The notes beneath the pieces were generated by a model. That model searched no databases. It was given only the letters and a program-made list of their open reading frames with translations, and was not told the origin of the DNA. A stretch of DNA of 58,710 nucleotides, counting the filler, from Sphacelaria rigidula (taxonomy: Eukaryota), in assembly GCA_964200075.2 (NCBI GenBank). It is 8 parts of 8 records of this genome, joined end to end, with 100 filler letters (N's around TTAATTAATTAA, not from the genome) between each part and the next. Parts side by side here need not be neighbours in the genome. Positions count along the whole stretch, not along the records: positions 36,758 to 44,008 come from CAXNAA020015764.1; positions 44,109 to 51,359 come from CAXNAA020015765.1; 6 more parts are not named here. The stretch is one strand, 5' to 3'. Made by a program: the position numbers and the translations under genes. Position 1 is the first letter of the stretch. Every line of letters begins with the position of its first letter. This document shows, one piece after another, positions 36,879 to 50,229 of this stretch.

Positions 36879-37516
36879 GCTGTCGAGCAACGACAGTAGT
36901 GGGCAGTCAGTTCAGCCCGGAATATTACTGCGACTCCGTTACTGCATGTACTGATTGCCTGTAGCAATTCGGTTGTACAAGCCTTGCAAGGGAGAAGGGT
37001 AATCATAATATAAGCTTATTCCATGATATCAAAACTGTGCTCGCAAGCTGGGAGAAAGCGCTAGAGTTGGGTTCGGTCAGTCGTTCGAGGATACATTCGA
37101 ATAGTTTCATCAAACGCTTCTGAAAGTTTCATCGAGCGATCAGTATAGAACCGAACTGAAGTGGACCCGTTCATGTTCGAAATTGAATTTTTCACCTAGA
37201 AATCGCTTCGTGAATGAAAACGAGCGAGTTATATGTGGAAACAAACTTCCCCGGGACCCGGCAATGTGTTCTTTGTAGCTTGCACAAACGGTAGCATCGT
37301 CTTATTATACGTGGCGGGAGGGGAGGAGATGCGCATTCTGGTAGCAGGCGAGAGCGGTTTTGATTTCTCCAATCAAGATTCTAATATGATTACCCTCCTT
37401 CTCTCTTGCAAGGCTTGTACAACCGAATTGCTACAGGCACTCAGTACATGCAGCAACGAGGTTGCAGTAATATTCCGGGCTGAACTGGCTGCCCACTACT
37501 GTCGGTGCTCGACAGC
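36879..37516. mobile_element. 638-bp TIR element, ~130-bp arms, candidate 3-bp TSD ACA
   Basis: ACA|GCTGTCGAGC...GCTCGACAGC|ACA. Mirror ORFs MITLL.CKACTTELLQA appear on both strands. Confidence 0.8.
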
Positions 37517-37734
37517 ACACGTGCAAAGAGAACACCTGTAGGGCGTGCTGCACAGGGCTCTTCGTAGTCTTTGTGAAAAACCCTGTACTGTACGGCATTT
37601 GCAGACCCTAGTACCTCTACCAGTATTTTGTGTAGCGTTTTTTCCGACACCCTGTAAGCAATCCTGTGGAGAGGCACTCTCAATTTGAAAATTCCAGATT
37701 ATTTTGTTACAGAATCTATGAATTTATCATTTAG

Positions 37735-38090
37735 AGAAGCTATTCGAAATAATTCCTCTTTTTGCCCGATTTCCAATTGGGCAATCGGGCAAGAAAAGGG
37801 TTTATTTCGGACAGCAGAAGAAGCTATTCGAAATAGACCCTTTTCTTGGGCAAAAACAAATCTCTTTTGAACAGCTTCATTTGCTGCACAAACCATATAC
37901 ACATGTACAGGATTTGTGGAGCAGATGAAGCTGTTCAAAATAGATCGTTTTTTTGCCCAATTACACAAATCCCCTACACACTGGCAGATTTGAAACATAT
38001 ACAGGAGAAGAAGCTCGAAATAAATCCTCACTTTGCCCACTAATTCATCCGGAAATTGAGCAAAAAGAGAATTCATTGCGAACAGCCTAA
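37735..38090. repeat. Array of alternating-orientation ~30-bp motifs (multi-hairpin)
   Basis: GAAGCT(A/G)TTC(G/A)AAATA...TTTTGCCC and its reverse complement recur about 7 times. Confidence 0.6.
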
Positions 38091-38404
38091 ACTGTGCAAG
38101 CTCCGCACACTGCACCGTAATCAGCGGATGGGACTCGAGATGCAGCAAAGATGACTGAAAATAATTCATCCTCTTACCCCCCAATTTATTTGTCACCTGG
38201 GTTAAGGATAGAATTCTCAACAGCTATTGCTGAATGCAAATCTCAAACACTGTTTCCGAGTGTATGTCCGCACACCTGAGCTTAGTTGTGATGCTTCTGC
38301 TTTAGGCATGAACGCTGCAATGTGTGTGTATACCCCGCACATATATTGAGATAGTTAATAGAAACCCCGTTGTTCAAGGTCTACTAATAAGATAAACCAA
38401 ATTA

Positions 38405-38487
38405 TTCCTGTGCGTCTAGAATCGTTAGGAGCCCCTGAACCAGACAAAAGTTCGCGAAAAACGTACACCCCTACCGTAGCATTGCTC
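38405..38487 (-). mobile_element. MITE family S, partial
   Basis: ...GTACACCCCTACCGTAGCATTGCTC is the reverse complement of the family S left end. Confidence 0.75.
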
Positions 38488-39533
38488 AATGATAGGGCAG
38501 TAAAACATGGGCGATTCAAGGATTTTTGGGTCACATTTTGGGGAGAAAAGGTAAGCTCTGTTCTTAAGCCAGCTCAAAACCTCAAATTGCACGAATGGAT
38601 CAGCAGAGTACATGGCGCCTTCTGGGGCACTTTTACGTTTGCAGCAATCTCGCATGTGATGCCACGTCTAGCTCGTGTTCGGGATTTGAGCCTCGGAGAC
38701 ACTTTTCTTGTCTCAAGCATTCAGATCAGCCTGTACTAGCGTCCTGTACAGTGACCACGTAGGCGGGCGCCTTGCAAAGTTCACAGGGTGGCTGAACAGT
38801 CCTGGCACCTCGTAGTCGCCGTGTGGGGTAGTCCATAGCGTGCCTACATATAGTATGGGAGTTTTAACGGCGAGTTGTGTGGTCTGGCTTTGGGGTCGTA
38901 TATTCACGCGAAATCTCTCTTAATCAGAGTTGGTATTGCAGGTGAATGATATACATGTGTCACGCAGCTGACCATCTTGGGCGGTCGCAAGTCGCAGCAT
39001 ATCTCAGATCCACCGGGTGTTCCGGGAAGATCCCTGAGGTAACGATCGGCACACCATATGATCATTACATCACGGTCTAACTTGTTTCTCAGATTCGCGG
39101 CCACATTCACGATGAACGGTTTGCAAATCTCACGGGGCGGGCAGTTCACCCGCGCTTCTCAAGAGCCACTGATAACCGCATCGTATTTTCATAAATATAT
39201 CCTATCCACCTGATTCACCCAGTAGAGTTAACCCACCTCGATTCACCGTATCCTCAATTGATATCCACTGCATCTGTGTTTTGCCTCTTTCAGATGTGAG
39301 GCCATATATTATTCCTCGGTCGAACAGACGTGAACGGTCTCATCTGTGAATCGTGTCAAGTACGATACACACCGGACACTGGCTTGTGAAATGCTGGATG
39401 CAATGGCCGAGGTAGAGGGGTGATGTTTGACCGTTAACGTTCCTGCGGCAGTAAAATGCTCGTGTAGTATCTATCCGTCGCGTCGTGTGCATTTTTCTTC
39501 ACCCCACACGCGCCCTGTCTTTCCCGTACACAG

Positions 39534-41550
39534 GGATCTCGAGGAGTGCGAACTTTCCGATGGTGACTTTCCCGACATTCTGCAGTGCTTCGAAGCATTC
39601 GGAATAGCGGGGCTTTTGGAGATGTGAGTGGAAGATATTATGGCATGCAAGGCGAACGATGTATCCTACTGTATCAATGGGCTCGCCTTGCTGTGCCTAG
39701 CCTGATCGTTGGTAATTCCGGATTGACCTGCAACCGGCGTCAGTAGGCGTTTCGACCGAGAATTTTAGCTCGCGCCTATTACCACACGAAACAGACAGTA
39801 CTCCTTCGTCATGGTTGATGTGGTATAATTACTGTAGCATCGTTTCTTCGCGTTGTACTGTTTTGGGTGTACGCGATAGCCAATACCGGCCCGCGTGCGA
39901 CTCGTCGCTCAATTTCACTCATGTTCCTCGCAGTCACCTGGCAGCAATCTGTCCCATATTTTATTTTGGAGCGGGAAAAACTCAAAGGAGAAGGAATCTA
40001 CACCATGCCATGGATTTGTGCTGTCTCTCTTCTTTCAGTTCGAGCTGTTTTCTCGAGAAGACCAGTGTCGTTGTGCAGTCTGGACGTCTATCGAGCGATA
40101 TACATGCACATCGCCTCGAGCGGACCAGGAGCGGTAAACCTCTCAAAGTAGGTTCTACCTTAATTGTTGAAGTAAACATTCGACGTTTAGACCAATGTAC
40201 GCTTGCCGCACAAGGATTTCTGCTCTCCTAGTTGACCGGATGTGTCATGTATGTGCTACCCCCGATTCTAGTACGTTGGAACATATGTCCAATGGGGCCT
40301 AGTGCTAGCGCCATTCGTCTAGAATATGCAAGGAAGGGACGAACAACTGTTGTGATGGCCACAATCACTCCACTAACCAGTCTAGTTGACCGTGCTAAAC
40401 TTGCGTCTTGCCCGGTTTCCTGTACTTCGATCGAACGTTTCGACAGTCACCTCGACCACAATAATCTCACTGATCTTCCCTCGGACCTGTTCGACGGCTT
40501 GGACAACCTCGAGGGAATGTGAGTAATTCGTGGCAAGCTAGGACGGACAAACTTCGCAACAACGGTCCAACACAACACTCGACCGTCATGATGTTGGATG
40601 AATGGGTGCCGAACAGTGTCTTCGAGATCCGTTGTTTGCTTCCAGTAACCGTTTATGCTTCTCACGGCCCGTAGATTCCCGTGTTACCTCGAACAGCACA
40701 CAGGTGATTTCTTTTGGTATCAACCCATGCATACTGTCACTCACGCATTAGTGTTGCCGTCCGGTGTATGCTACTAGCAAGCCGTTTGGGAGCAATAGGT
40801 GTACCCGTTTCGCCATGATTCATCGTGTAAATCGTATATCCAGCAGAACGTGCGTGCAAATACTTCAACTGTTGTCCTGCCGTTCCTTGTCTAACCCCTT
40901 TGTCTGTGGCATATCACCAGTGATCTCCACGATAATAATTTCGCGACTCTTCCCGAGGACGTCTTCGCTGGTTTAGCCAATATTGAAATAATGTGAGTTC
41001 CGTGGGTAATGGCCTAGCAAGATGAGAACGACCTCTGGCAATCTCAAGATTCGATGGGCTGTCACGATGAACCGTTGCACTTCGATGTCATGGCGAACCG
41101 CCTATAGCAAAGCCTTATTTCTCCATGAGTAGTACCATTCACTTTTCATGTTACGTAGTACGGTTCGGTTCTTCTCCAGATTTGTGGATTCATAAGCCTT
41201 GCCTTGTGTCATGTGATATTCAAAAATTCTTGTGTAAACGCTTGATTTCCTGCCGGCAACATGTCGTCTTTTCCCGAGCTCTACTGAAAAATGCCGTTAA
41301 TTGGTTATCGGTAAAAACATAGAACGTTCCCCGATGGTTCCAAGTTTTTCCAGAAGGTGGACATTCTTTCATCACTGACAAGCCATGTCGAGTCGAATGC
41401 ACGTGCGTACCAATACTTTCACAGACATATTCTTTCGCTTCTTGCCCATACGCGTACTCTGCCTCGCGCAATCAGTGACCTCGGCGAGAATCCTGGCCTC
41501 ACTACGCTTCCAGCAAACCTGTTCGCCGGCTTAGGAGCCCTGAACACACT
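39534..41550 (+). CDS. Leucine-rich-repeat protein, one LRR per exon, partial; exons 39534-39623, 40447-40518, 40921-40992, 41476-41550
   Basis: All exons are bounded CAG|...|GTGAGT in phase 2: DLEECELSDGDFPDILQCFEAFGIAGLLEI, HLDHNNLTDLPSDLFDGLDNLEGI, DLHDNNFATLPEDVFAGLANIEII, DLGENPGLTTLPANLFAGLGALNTL. This fits the typical-class consensus LxxNxLxxLPxxxFxGLxxLxxL. Confidence 0.88.
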
Positions 41551-42764
41551 GTGAGTATTGCGTTAAGATACCCGTCATCATCAGTCAAATATCGTCAGGG
41601 TAGGTTTAGGAATCCTTGAGTAACCGCGGGCGTTGTGATTCACAGCCCATGGATCCATTGTCATGACGACAGGGAGGGCTCGCTCTCTGCTGAGGTAGTG
41701 AGCAGGTGCTCATCGTCAGAGTGGTACACACGACGATGATGGAATGCTGAACCTTAAAATTATGTAGAAAAGCATATACCCAACTCATTGGGTGTATGAA
41801 TCTCCACATCTCACGACTATATTGGGGTATTTCTTGATTCTCCAGCCCGTTCGTTACACTGCTTAGCCGAACCTGACTAGTGTGTTTGATGATAGATTAG
41901 TCCAACTATTTATTTCAGATCTACCCCCCTGGGCAACAGATCGAGGAGCTCTCTACTGTTTCCTTTTCGCGCCAAAAAATGTCGTCGCTACACTTGCGGC
42001 ACTCAGTTAGTAGAAAGTTTGGGAAAATATAAACAACTGTTTTTGGATCAGGACGCAAAACGTCCAGGACGGAAGCTTTCAAAATCCTCAGAGTGGAAGC
42101 TGGAAACTTCATGACGCAAGCTGACGTGACGTGGCTTGACACTATTTCATGTTTGCAGCGATTGGCTTCAGCTTGCCCCACCAGACATGCGACCATCATT
42201 CGACTCGAAAGTACAGATATCAGCACAGCACTGAACAGCAGCGAGTCTATAGTACAGGCAGTACATCATTACTATACCGCATCTGCTGTACTGTACCGTA
42301 CCCTACCCTACTCTACACTACAGTGCAATGCAGAACACTAAAGTACATTGCGGTAAGTAAGGTATAGTACAGGGGTACTTCACACACAGCATGGCAGTAC
42401 GTCCAAATAATATACAGAGCCGTATGGCAGACTTTGCACCATGCTACCCACAACAACAGTGGTGTACGACGTCATGGACTCTAACGGAACGGCAGTGCGG
42501 CCAGGTGCACAGCACTGCTGCTTCGTGGTAGACTTCGAATCATTTAAACGTTTTCCTTCCCGCTGACATCCATGAGGCTCGCAACAATGAGGAACTGTAC
42601 CCAAGGCAACGTCTGGTGCGCACCGAGCATTTCAATATCACGCAACACAACCAAGCGGATACTGATCACATCGCTGCGGCAGGGAGGTCCCCTGCCTGCG
42701 ATATCAAGCGTTGCTACTTCATGATTGGTCAATTGTGATGAAGATGACAGTTGTGAATGATGTC

Positions 42765-43022
42765 GAGTGATGCTGCGATAGGGTCAGCACTTTTACAGCC
42801 TGAGAGTAGAATTGTTGGGAACTCTTTATCTCATCCAAAACACGACTTTCGAAATAGGTGAGCGTACGCCAGGGCTTTTCTTCCAATTTGCTAGGGATAT
42901 CCCGAATGAATTTGCAAACGGGGATATCCTGACTCATATTCTTGCGTAGTTTCTAATTTTAGGAACCGCTGAATCAGGCCGGTTTTGGCCCCAAAAGTGC
43001 AGACCCTATCGCAGCATCACTC
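42765..43022. mobile_element. MITE family S, full copy, 4-bp TSD TGTC
   Basis: TGTC|GAGTGATGCTGCGATAGGGTC...GACCCTATCGCAGCATCACTC|TGTC. Internal ATCCCCGTTTGCAAATTCATTCGGGATATCCC (minus strand) is shared with 30620-30884. Confidence 0.85.
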
Positions 43023-44008
43023 TGTCCCTCTTTGCTTGCTAATCTTGAAGTGTCTGTGACAGTGATGGGAATGGTGGGGATTCCTCTCCCTTCCAGCCTG
43101 CGTTCTGAAGCGGCCCTCCAGACTTCAGAATGAAGGGCTCAAAATGAGACTCTGATCCCAAAATGTTCATCCTAAACCTTTCTTCACGATCGACTTTGTC
43201 CCGTCGCCGGTTTCTTTCCGTTCCGTCCTCATCCTGAAGTACTACAAACTAGGGCTGTGAACTGGAGCAGTTAATACTGTCGATTAAACTGAAACTGGAG
43301 TTACACTGGAACTGGCGACAAAGGCGCCAGCTTTCCAGTTTGTTTGGAGTTTGCTATCACCGGCGACATGCCTGAAGTAAATTTTGGTATAGGGCAGTTC
43401 CACTCTATTCCAGGCCACGTGTCTGAGATACTCGAGTTCAATTCATCACGGATTTCACTAAGATCCCGGAATAGAGAGGTTCGGAAAAGGCTTTTTGTCC
43501 TGCCAGAGTGCAAATATCTCAGGATCAGAGTGCAGGAAGAAAAAAAACTCATCTCAAATTGTTTGCAGTGATTGACCTCAAGTTGCTCCACCATAGTATA
43601 TGCGGTCAACCATTCGATTCAAAAATAGATAAATAAGTAAAACATTGCACAGTAGTTAGTTTCCAGGAAAGACAGCGTATCATTATTTACCATACCGTGC
43701 CATACCGTTCGCCAGAGTAAACTAGAACGCAGTTTAGCGCAGTACCGTGCCGCAAAGCATACATTGCACCACAGCACACCACAGTACCCTACAGTGTAGT
43801 GCGGTACGGTACAGCACAGTGGTTCATGCAGTACGGCAGTAGTTTCAACCAAACAACAGAAAAAGCCGCATCGGAACGATTTCGCAACGAACAACAAATT
43901 GTGCGGATTGAGGTTAAACTTCGAGATGAGGTTCAAGCCTAAAACAGTGTTTTCCTCACACTATCAGCGATGGTGCCTAATAGCGTTTTTGTCGGCCTAA
44001 TGCCCCTC

Positions 44009-44108
44009 NNNNNNNNNNNNNNNNNNNNNNNNNNNNNNNNNNNNNNNNNNNNTTAATTAATTAANNNNNNNNNNNNNNNNNNNNNNNNNNNNNNNNNNNN
44101 NNNNNNNN
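44009..44108. other. Artificial contig spacer
   Basis: N44-TTAATTAATTAA-N44. Confidence 0.98.
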
Positions 44109-45384
44109 ATCATCCAACGGCCAAGTTCTCTCCCATGCGAACGCTAGAACAACTGAAATGCCCAAACACCTCGGTTTTGGGCTGCTCAGCTTAAGGCCAG
44201 CATCGTGTGCTTTAGCAAGTAACAAGAGTACTTTGAATCATGTGGACGTGGTTGAGAAAACCGAACTGTTTTGTTTCACAGCTGTTGCGAAATTCGGTGC
44301 ATGTTGTTACGATGGGTGACCTCTGTGCAGACGGTAGTCAGTACAGTAGAGCAACGAAAGCTAGCTATTACCGAGTTTGCCTGCCGTACTGCCGCCAGCG
44401 TTGCTTGAAAGTCATAAGACCTTTGCGGTCGGCGGTCGATGGCGTGGGTGTCAAATGCAACGACAAGTTGTTGATCATGGAGCACCATTGCTCCTCGTGG
44501 GGTCATACATCGCCCCAGCTTGTAATGCATAACCTCCTCACATCGGAATTAATTCTGGAAAGCTACTGTACTGTACCGAGGTGTTCACGCAGCCAGTGCG
44601 TGCTTCAGATTGCAGCATGAATGCACCGCTCTGCACCACGCTAGCAACACTTAGGTCACCACCATAGGTATCTTTTTTCACTCCGCATGTCAAGAAGGTC
44701 TCCACAAGTGTTTGATCTCTCATACACCCCCCCCCCCAACTGGCGTGTGGCAAGCTCTTGTGGTCGGGCACCAGAGAGTCACATTTAGGGTATCAGCAAT
44801 GAATAGCACCCCCGAAGTTCAACTGTGTCTGTTATTGACGCAGCACCATCCTTGCTGTCATATGTGTGACAGGACAGTAGCGGTGACGAGAACATTACCC
44901 TGTTTTTCAACGACATGTTTTTCAGCGCACAGAGGCGCGTCCTGTCCAAAACGAGAGGCAGAGAGAAATCGATCTTCGCATTGGTGAGCTCCACAGACAA
45001 GAAGAGACGAGATCCCTCCGCACCTCGATGTTCTTTGGGGGGCTGTGCGCAGCAATATAATAACATGCCTACCGGCACATGAGAAATTGGGTACATGATG
45101 GTAATATCACGATTCGAGTAATTCGTGCGATCGGTAATCGCTCAACGAGGACACACGAAGGATGCGGGCGAGGAGCTTCCTCTCTGTCGTTGCTTCTCCC
45201 TCTGGTGATATCGGCATCGGCACGCGTGTACACCGCATTCGTTCGGTGCACCTAGCCACTACTGCTTCACTGCTGCAGACTTATGGGGGGAAAGATGGTT
45301 TCGCTCTGTGTAACTGTTTCGCGTCATCCCTGCAAAACAAAATACGTCACTTGAACCTCATTTCACAGATCAACCCCATTTTCA

Positions 45385-47230
45385 GGATCCAGTGTTTACT
45401 GGTTCCAGAGACACGAAGTTGTTCAAATCATCCATGATAACCAAAATGTATCGAAACCCGGCATCCTCCGACAAAGCTTGGGAAGCTAGCGGGCCACTCT
45501 CGCCCACGTACAAGAAGTCAAAATGAACGACTTTATCCGGCATGATCCCATGGACCGTTTCACCGAGCGAGCGGGGAACAACATCGCCCGCCCTCGAGTC
45601 AGCGCAGTGAAGACGCTGGCGGACAAATTCGCGCACATGAGTTTCTATCCCCTGCCAGACACAAAACTCTTGTAAGTGCACGAGCATTGTAGCCCCACCA
45701 CGATGCCCGGCGTCGCACATGTGCGCTCATATAATCAGATATACCTGCAACTGCTTGCCAGAACTCGGAATCCACAAAACGTCTCGGCCACACACATGCA
45801 CACGATAAATGCCTTTATTGTCCAAGATAGTAGTACCAACGTCCGACTCGAAAGATTGCGCATCCGCATCTTCGGTCCCAAGTTATTTCTGTTGCACTTG
45901 GCGGACAACATGTTTGGACGGCATCGATTCATCAGGTTCAAACGGACCGTACACAGCCACAGCGCGCACAGGCAAAGCCGAGATATTCACCCAACGCGAA
46001 AGAAAGTCACCCCACGCGTTACGGTAACCCGATATGGCAAATCGGGTCACGATACTGGCGAAGAACAGCTTTCTAACCCTCCAAATGTTGTGCCAACGCC
46101 TTCGACGCAGACGTAATGCCCGTTTCCGGCTTGAAAATATACACGAGATTTAGATGATCCGTGAAAATGTGCACGCCATCCCGCAAAAGGTGCTACAAAC
46201 GACGAAATGTGCTCACGATAGCAAAATCTTCCTTGTCAATTGTGACCCAACGCAACTGCGAACCCTTGAAATTACCACTGAGGGAAGCTAGCGATTCACG
46301 CGTCATACCCTCGACCGGCATGCGTCTGTGCATTTCAACTTTAGGCACCTGCGTGACAAAACTTTCCCAATGACACTCAGATGCGTCCAGAAACATCCAC
46401 CCCTGACAATCAGGACGAAGATGGAACGGTGTCACGACGTGAGCCACCAGATCCTTCGCTGCCGCCCACGTCTGCAACCTGCCCTCCGTCCACGATGCAG
46501 CCTTCTTTGTAACCGCCATAGCCGGACTGGCCCACACCGCCTGCAAGTTCCTGAACACCAACCCGAGCGCCAAAAAAGCCGCCATGCACGATGCCAACAA
46601 ACTTGACTTCACCGGATCGTACCGCCGCGGCTTCCTCTTCACCGCGGATGTCCCAATGTTCAGCTGAACACACATGGGCTCCACGCGCGCAGGAGGATCA
46701 CCCCGCAGCGCACGACGGAACGCGCTGACGCGGCGATGCAATATGCCGCGCAGGCGCTCCGCTTTCGAGACGCTGGGGCCTTTCGCCCCGGCATCCGTCA
46801 CGCTCTCTTTTCCAGCGCGACCTCCCGAGCGGACTCCTCTTCCGCCGGATCCATAAATATCTCCGGGCCACGCTCCACCAAGCGCTCCACCGCCGCATCC
46901 CGCTCCGCGGTCACCTGCCCCCAACCTCCTGAAAAACATCCGCCGACAAGCTCACGCAACGACTGCCCAAGAAGGTAAGCGTCTCCAAACGTGGATCAGG
47001 CGGAAACATCCGCGTCTCCATGGAGTCCCACAATCGCGGATACGGGTCGACTCCAAGATCCTGAAGCGTCGGTAACCCCAGAAGTATGACGCCATCCGAC
47101 CCCGGCATGATCGCAAACGACATCGCAGGCAACGACGCCGCCCCCCAGAAAGTCGTGCAAGTCAGCTAGCTGCAGCGGGACAGTACGATATTGTGACGCC
47201 AGCCAGAGGAAGAACTGGTGGTGGATCACT
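45385..47230 (-). mobile_element. Decayed Ty3/Gypsy pol fragment related to the contig-2 element
   Basis: RRVSAFRRALRGDPPARVEPM (compare RRVNAFRRARRSVPPARVEPL). RT core is deleted after WASPAMAVTKK. RNase H MFLDAS...SQLRWVTIDKEDFAIV and integrase GHRG...VHFDFLYVG...LVIMDD are present. Confidence 0.88.
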
Positions 47231-47454
47231 GCTGTTCAGAGACCCCCCAATCTTACTGGCCTCACTTCCAGGTGTCAGCCTTTACAATATCTCATTATCA
47301 AGAGTGCCCTTCCACGCATCAACCTCCTAGACACGCCAGGCAGGTATCATCCTCGTGTCCCCGTTCATTGTCCAGAATCCTTCCAGAATCCTCCAGGACC
47401 CCATGCCCCCAGTCATCATCCAGATCATCACTACCAACTCAACGTAACGGCGTA

Positions 47455-50053
47455 TTTTCGTCACAGCCTCCACTCGCGTGGTCACAATTGGAGGATCACT
47501 ACCCCCCGGTTTCTGTAGGTGCTGGGGGGGCGTTGCATGATACGTTCAATGCTAGACAGCACGAGCCAGGAACTGACCCTAAACTTACGTTCCTTGAAAT
47601 AGAGACCGTTGCCGCAGAGATGTATGTAAAAGATTTCGGCTTTTCAGACAAGGTGGTAACTGTCAAAATGATGGCAATATTGCCTCTGGGATATCATACC
47701 GTTCTCGACCCCATGCGCTTTTCTGCTGGGTACGCTGTTTTGCGAGCGCAAATTAGGGCGGCTGTCAGAATCAAATCTTTGTTGCTGAAACCGACCGGGA
47801 GGGAAGTCAGCAGCCGTGTTCTGTTCGCCGCGACCGGCCCAAGTACTGGTCGGGGCAAGAGTGGTGGTGGCAACGGCAGGGGACGAGGGAATCGCTCCGG
47901 ACGAACGAATAACAGCAACAACGAGCCGACATCGACACCTACTGCGACGATGACACCGAAATTAGGGGGTTCTGTACCGCCTGCGTCAAGATTGGAAACT
48001 CGGAAGTTTTGGCGCTGTGATGAGCCTCGACACATAAGCCGCTACTGTCCGAAGGCGAAGTGTGACAAGTGTGACCAGCTTGGTCATGTTACGAATGACT
48101 GCCCCAGACAGGAGACATCAGCCGTGGCGGTGCAAGACGTGCGATTCAACCACATCAGCGCGGCATTCATTGCACGAGAAACATCAGGCGAGATTGTATC
48201 GTTAATTGGGCCTTGGGAGGAGGCTATTTTGGCACAAGCGAAATCTATGGCCAAAACACAAGAGCGTTTTATCCTTGACCCCCTCGAAAGCATCCTCGTG
48301 ATTCCATGCGCGTGCTAAGAAAGAGTCATTACGTAATCACAACACGTGATGTGACATCAAAACGGCTTTCTGTAACCATGCAGCAAAACGTTTCTCCTCC
48401 GCTGGGAGGGAGGGATACTTCGCTGGATACAAGCGGAAAGGTCAACTCTGACGACGGAGTTACGGAAGAAGAAACGTCCGGGTTCCAATGCCCGTGACAC
48501 GGTCACGTGTGAGGTGGGCGGATACCAGCGATAGTGATCCTACCGAAGAAGATACTTCCTTGAGCAGGGAGGGCAGTATATAAACATCGCTGGTGGATTC
48601 ATCCTCCGGTGATGAATCATCGAGCGGGGAGGGCGAGGATGGTGAACCTCATGCTGCGCGGGATACCAACTTCCGCGAGACGGGTGATCGAGCACCCGTG
48701 AGTGAACCGCGTGCGCTTGGTCGCACCGAGCAACAAACTCGCGTCCAGCAACAGCAAGCATCACCGCTAATGGAAGGCAGTAAGCTGAACAGCACCAACA
48801 TCAGTGAGGCGGGGGTTAGCTCCCCTTACCCTGAACCGCGTGTGCTTGGACGCAATCAACAGCAAACCCGAGCTCTAGAGGGCAGCTTGTTGGCACGACT
48901 GATGGATCTTCATGGCAACATCTGTAGCTTCCATAGTAGAGGCGAGGGAGTATGGTATAAAACGAATGCATTCAACAGACATAGAGCCGGCACCGAAAAC
49001 CCGACGTTAGCTAGTAGAGTCAAAGAACCGAGTACTATGGGAGCAGTCAATGCACAGTGAGTTCACAGCTCTACTAGGAAAATGTACTTTTGAATTGGTC
49101 GATGAGCTTCCCGGGGGTCGTAAAGCCATTGGTACGAAGTGACTTTACAGTCGGAAGACAGATCAGGACAGGTATGTGACCAAGCCCCAGGTGAGGTTCG
49201 TGTGCCTGGGTAACCTACAACAACCTGGTATTGACATTGAAGATACATTTCCCCCGATCCCACCTAGTTTCACACCAAGAGTGCTCACTGAGTATGCTTG
49301 TCAAAATAACCTCGAGTTGTACTGCTTGGATGTAAGCAAGCATTCATACAGTCACCCCTTGAGGGGGGGATTTACGTACGTGTTATTGATGACTGTGGAG
49401 GTTTATCTGGACGATTCATAAAAGTCTTGAAGGCCCTTTATGGCCTGAAGCAAGCAGTTAGAGCTTGGAACACTACGCTTGTGACAGATCTCAAGGAGTA
49501 TGTGTTGGAGCAGTGCATGATCGAACCACGTATTTTCAGGTTGATGAAGGGGAATGACTTAAGGGCACTACTCACTGTGCACGTTGATGATCTCCTTATC
49601 GTGTGTGACAAGGAACAGTGTGACAAGATCAAGGGGGCTTTGGTTATGAAGTCCCCCACAAAAGATCTGGGAGAACTGTCTTCTCACGGGGGTTGTGCGT
49701 TCGAGCGTAACTGAGAAAATGACACAATCAAGATTTCTCAGTCCACATTCGTCGAAAAAATCATTGGTAATTTTAATATCACGCGCATTGCCCATACCCC
49801 CGCATTTGTGACAACCACGAAGAGGACACAGGCGAAAAGAGGGGAATCTGAGGTGGATGTGCCGTACAGGCAAGCGGTGGGAGCGTTAATGTAGCTGGCT
49901 GATAACACTCGCCCCGATTTCGCGGCAGCTGTGAGGGAAGTGTCGCGACACAGTCATGATTTCACGCATGATGACTGGCTGAGAGTGGTACGGATCCTGG
50001 AGTACCTAAATAACACACGCGATTTAGGTATCACGAACGAAGGCGGTACTGAA
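47455..50053 (+). mobile_element. Decayed Ty1/Copia retrotransposon (gag + RT; protease and integrase largely deleted)
   Basis: Gag AWSQLEDHY with zinc knuckles WRCDEPRHISRYC and CDKCDQLGHVTNDC. RT motifs KALYGLKQAVRAWN, VHVDDLLI and PYRQAVGALM. Truncated by MITE S before RNase H. Confidence 0.9.
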
Positions 50054-50229
50054 GAGCAATGCTATGGTGGGGGTGCACTTTTTGCGCAAAATCGTGTCTG
50101 GCTCAGGGGCTCCTAACAATTCTAGATGCACAAGAATATGGGTCAGGGTGTCCCCGTTTGCAAATTTATTCGGGATATCTCCAACACATTGGAATATACT
50201 GATCCTGGCGTACTCTCGCATATTGTTGT
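50054..50229 (+). mobile_element. MITE family S, right end missing
   Basis: GAGCAATGCTATGGTGGGGGTGCAC... aligns with 30620-30790. Confidence 0.8.

Noticed and set aside
39294..39345. Candidate upstream exon of the LRR gene
   Set aside because: The acceptor is strong, but two alternative weak donors and frames cannot be resolved without cDNA.
44926..44983. Isolated exon-like segment (TTTTCAG|...|GTGAGC)
   Set aside because: Splice signals are good, but there is no recognisable peptide or partner exon.
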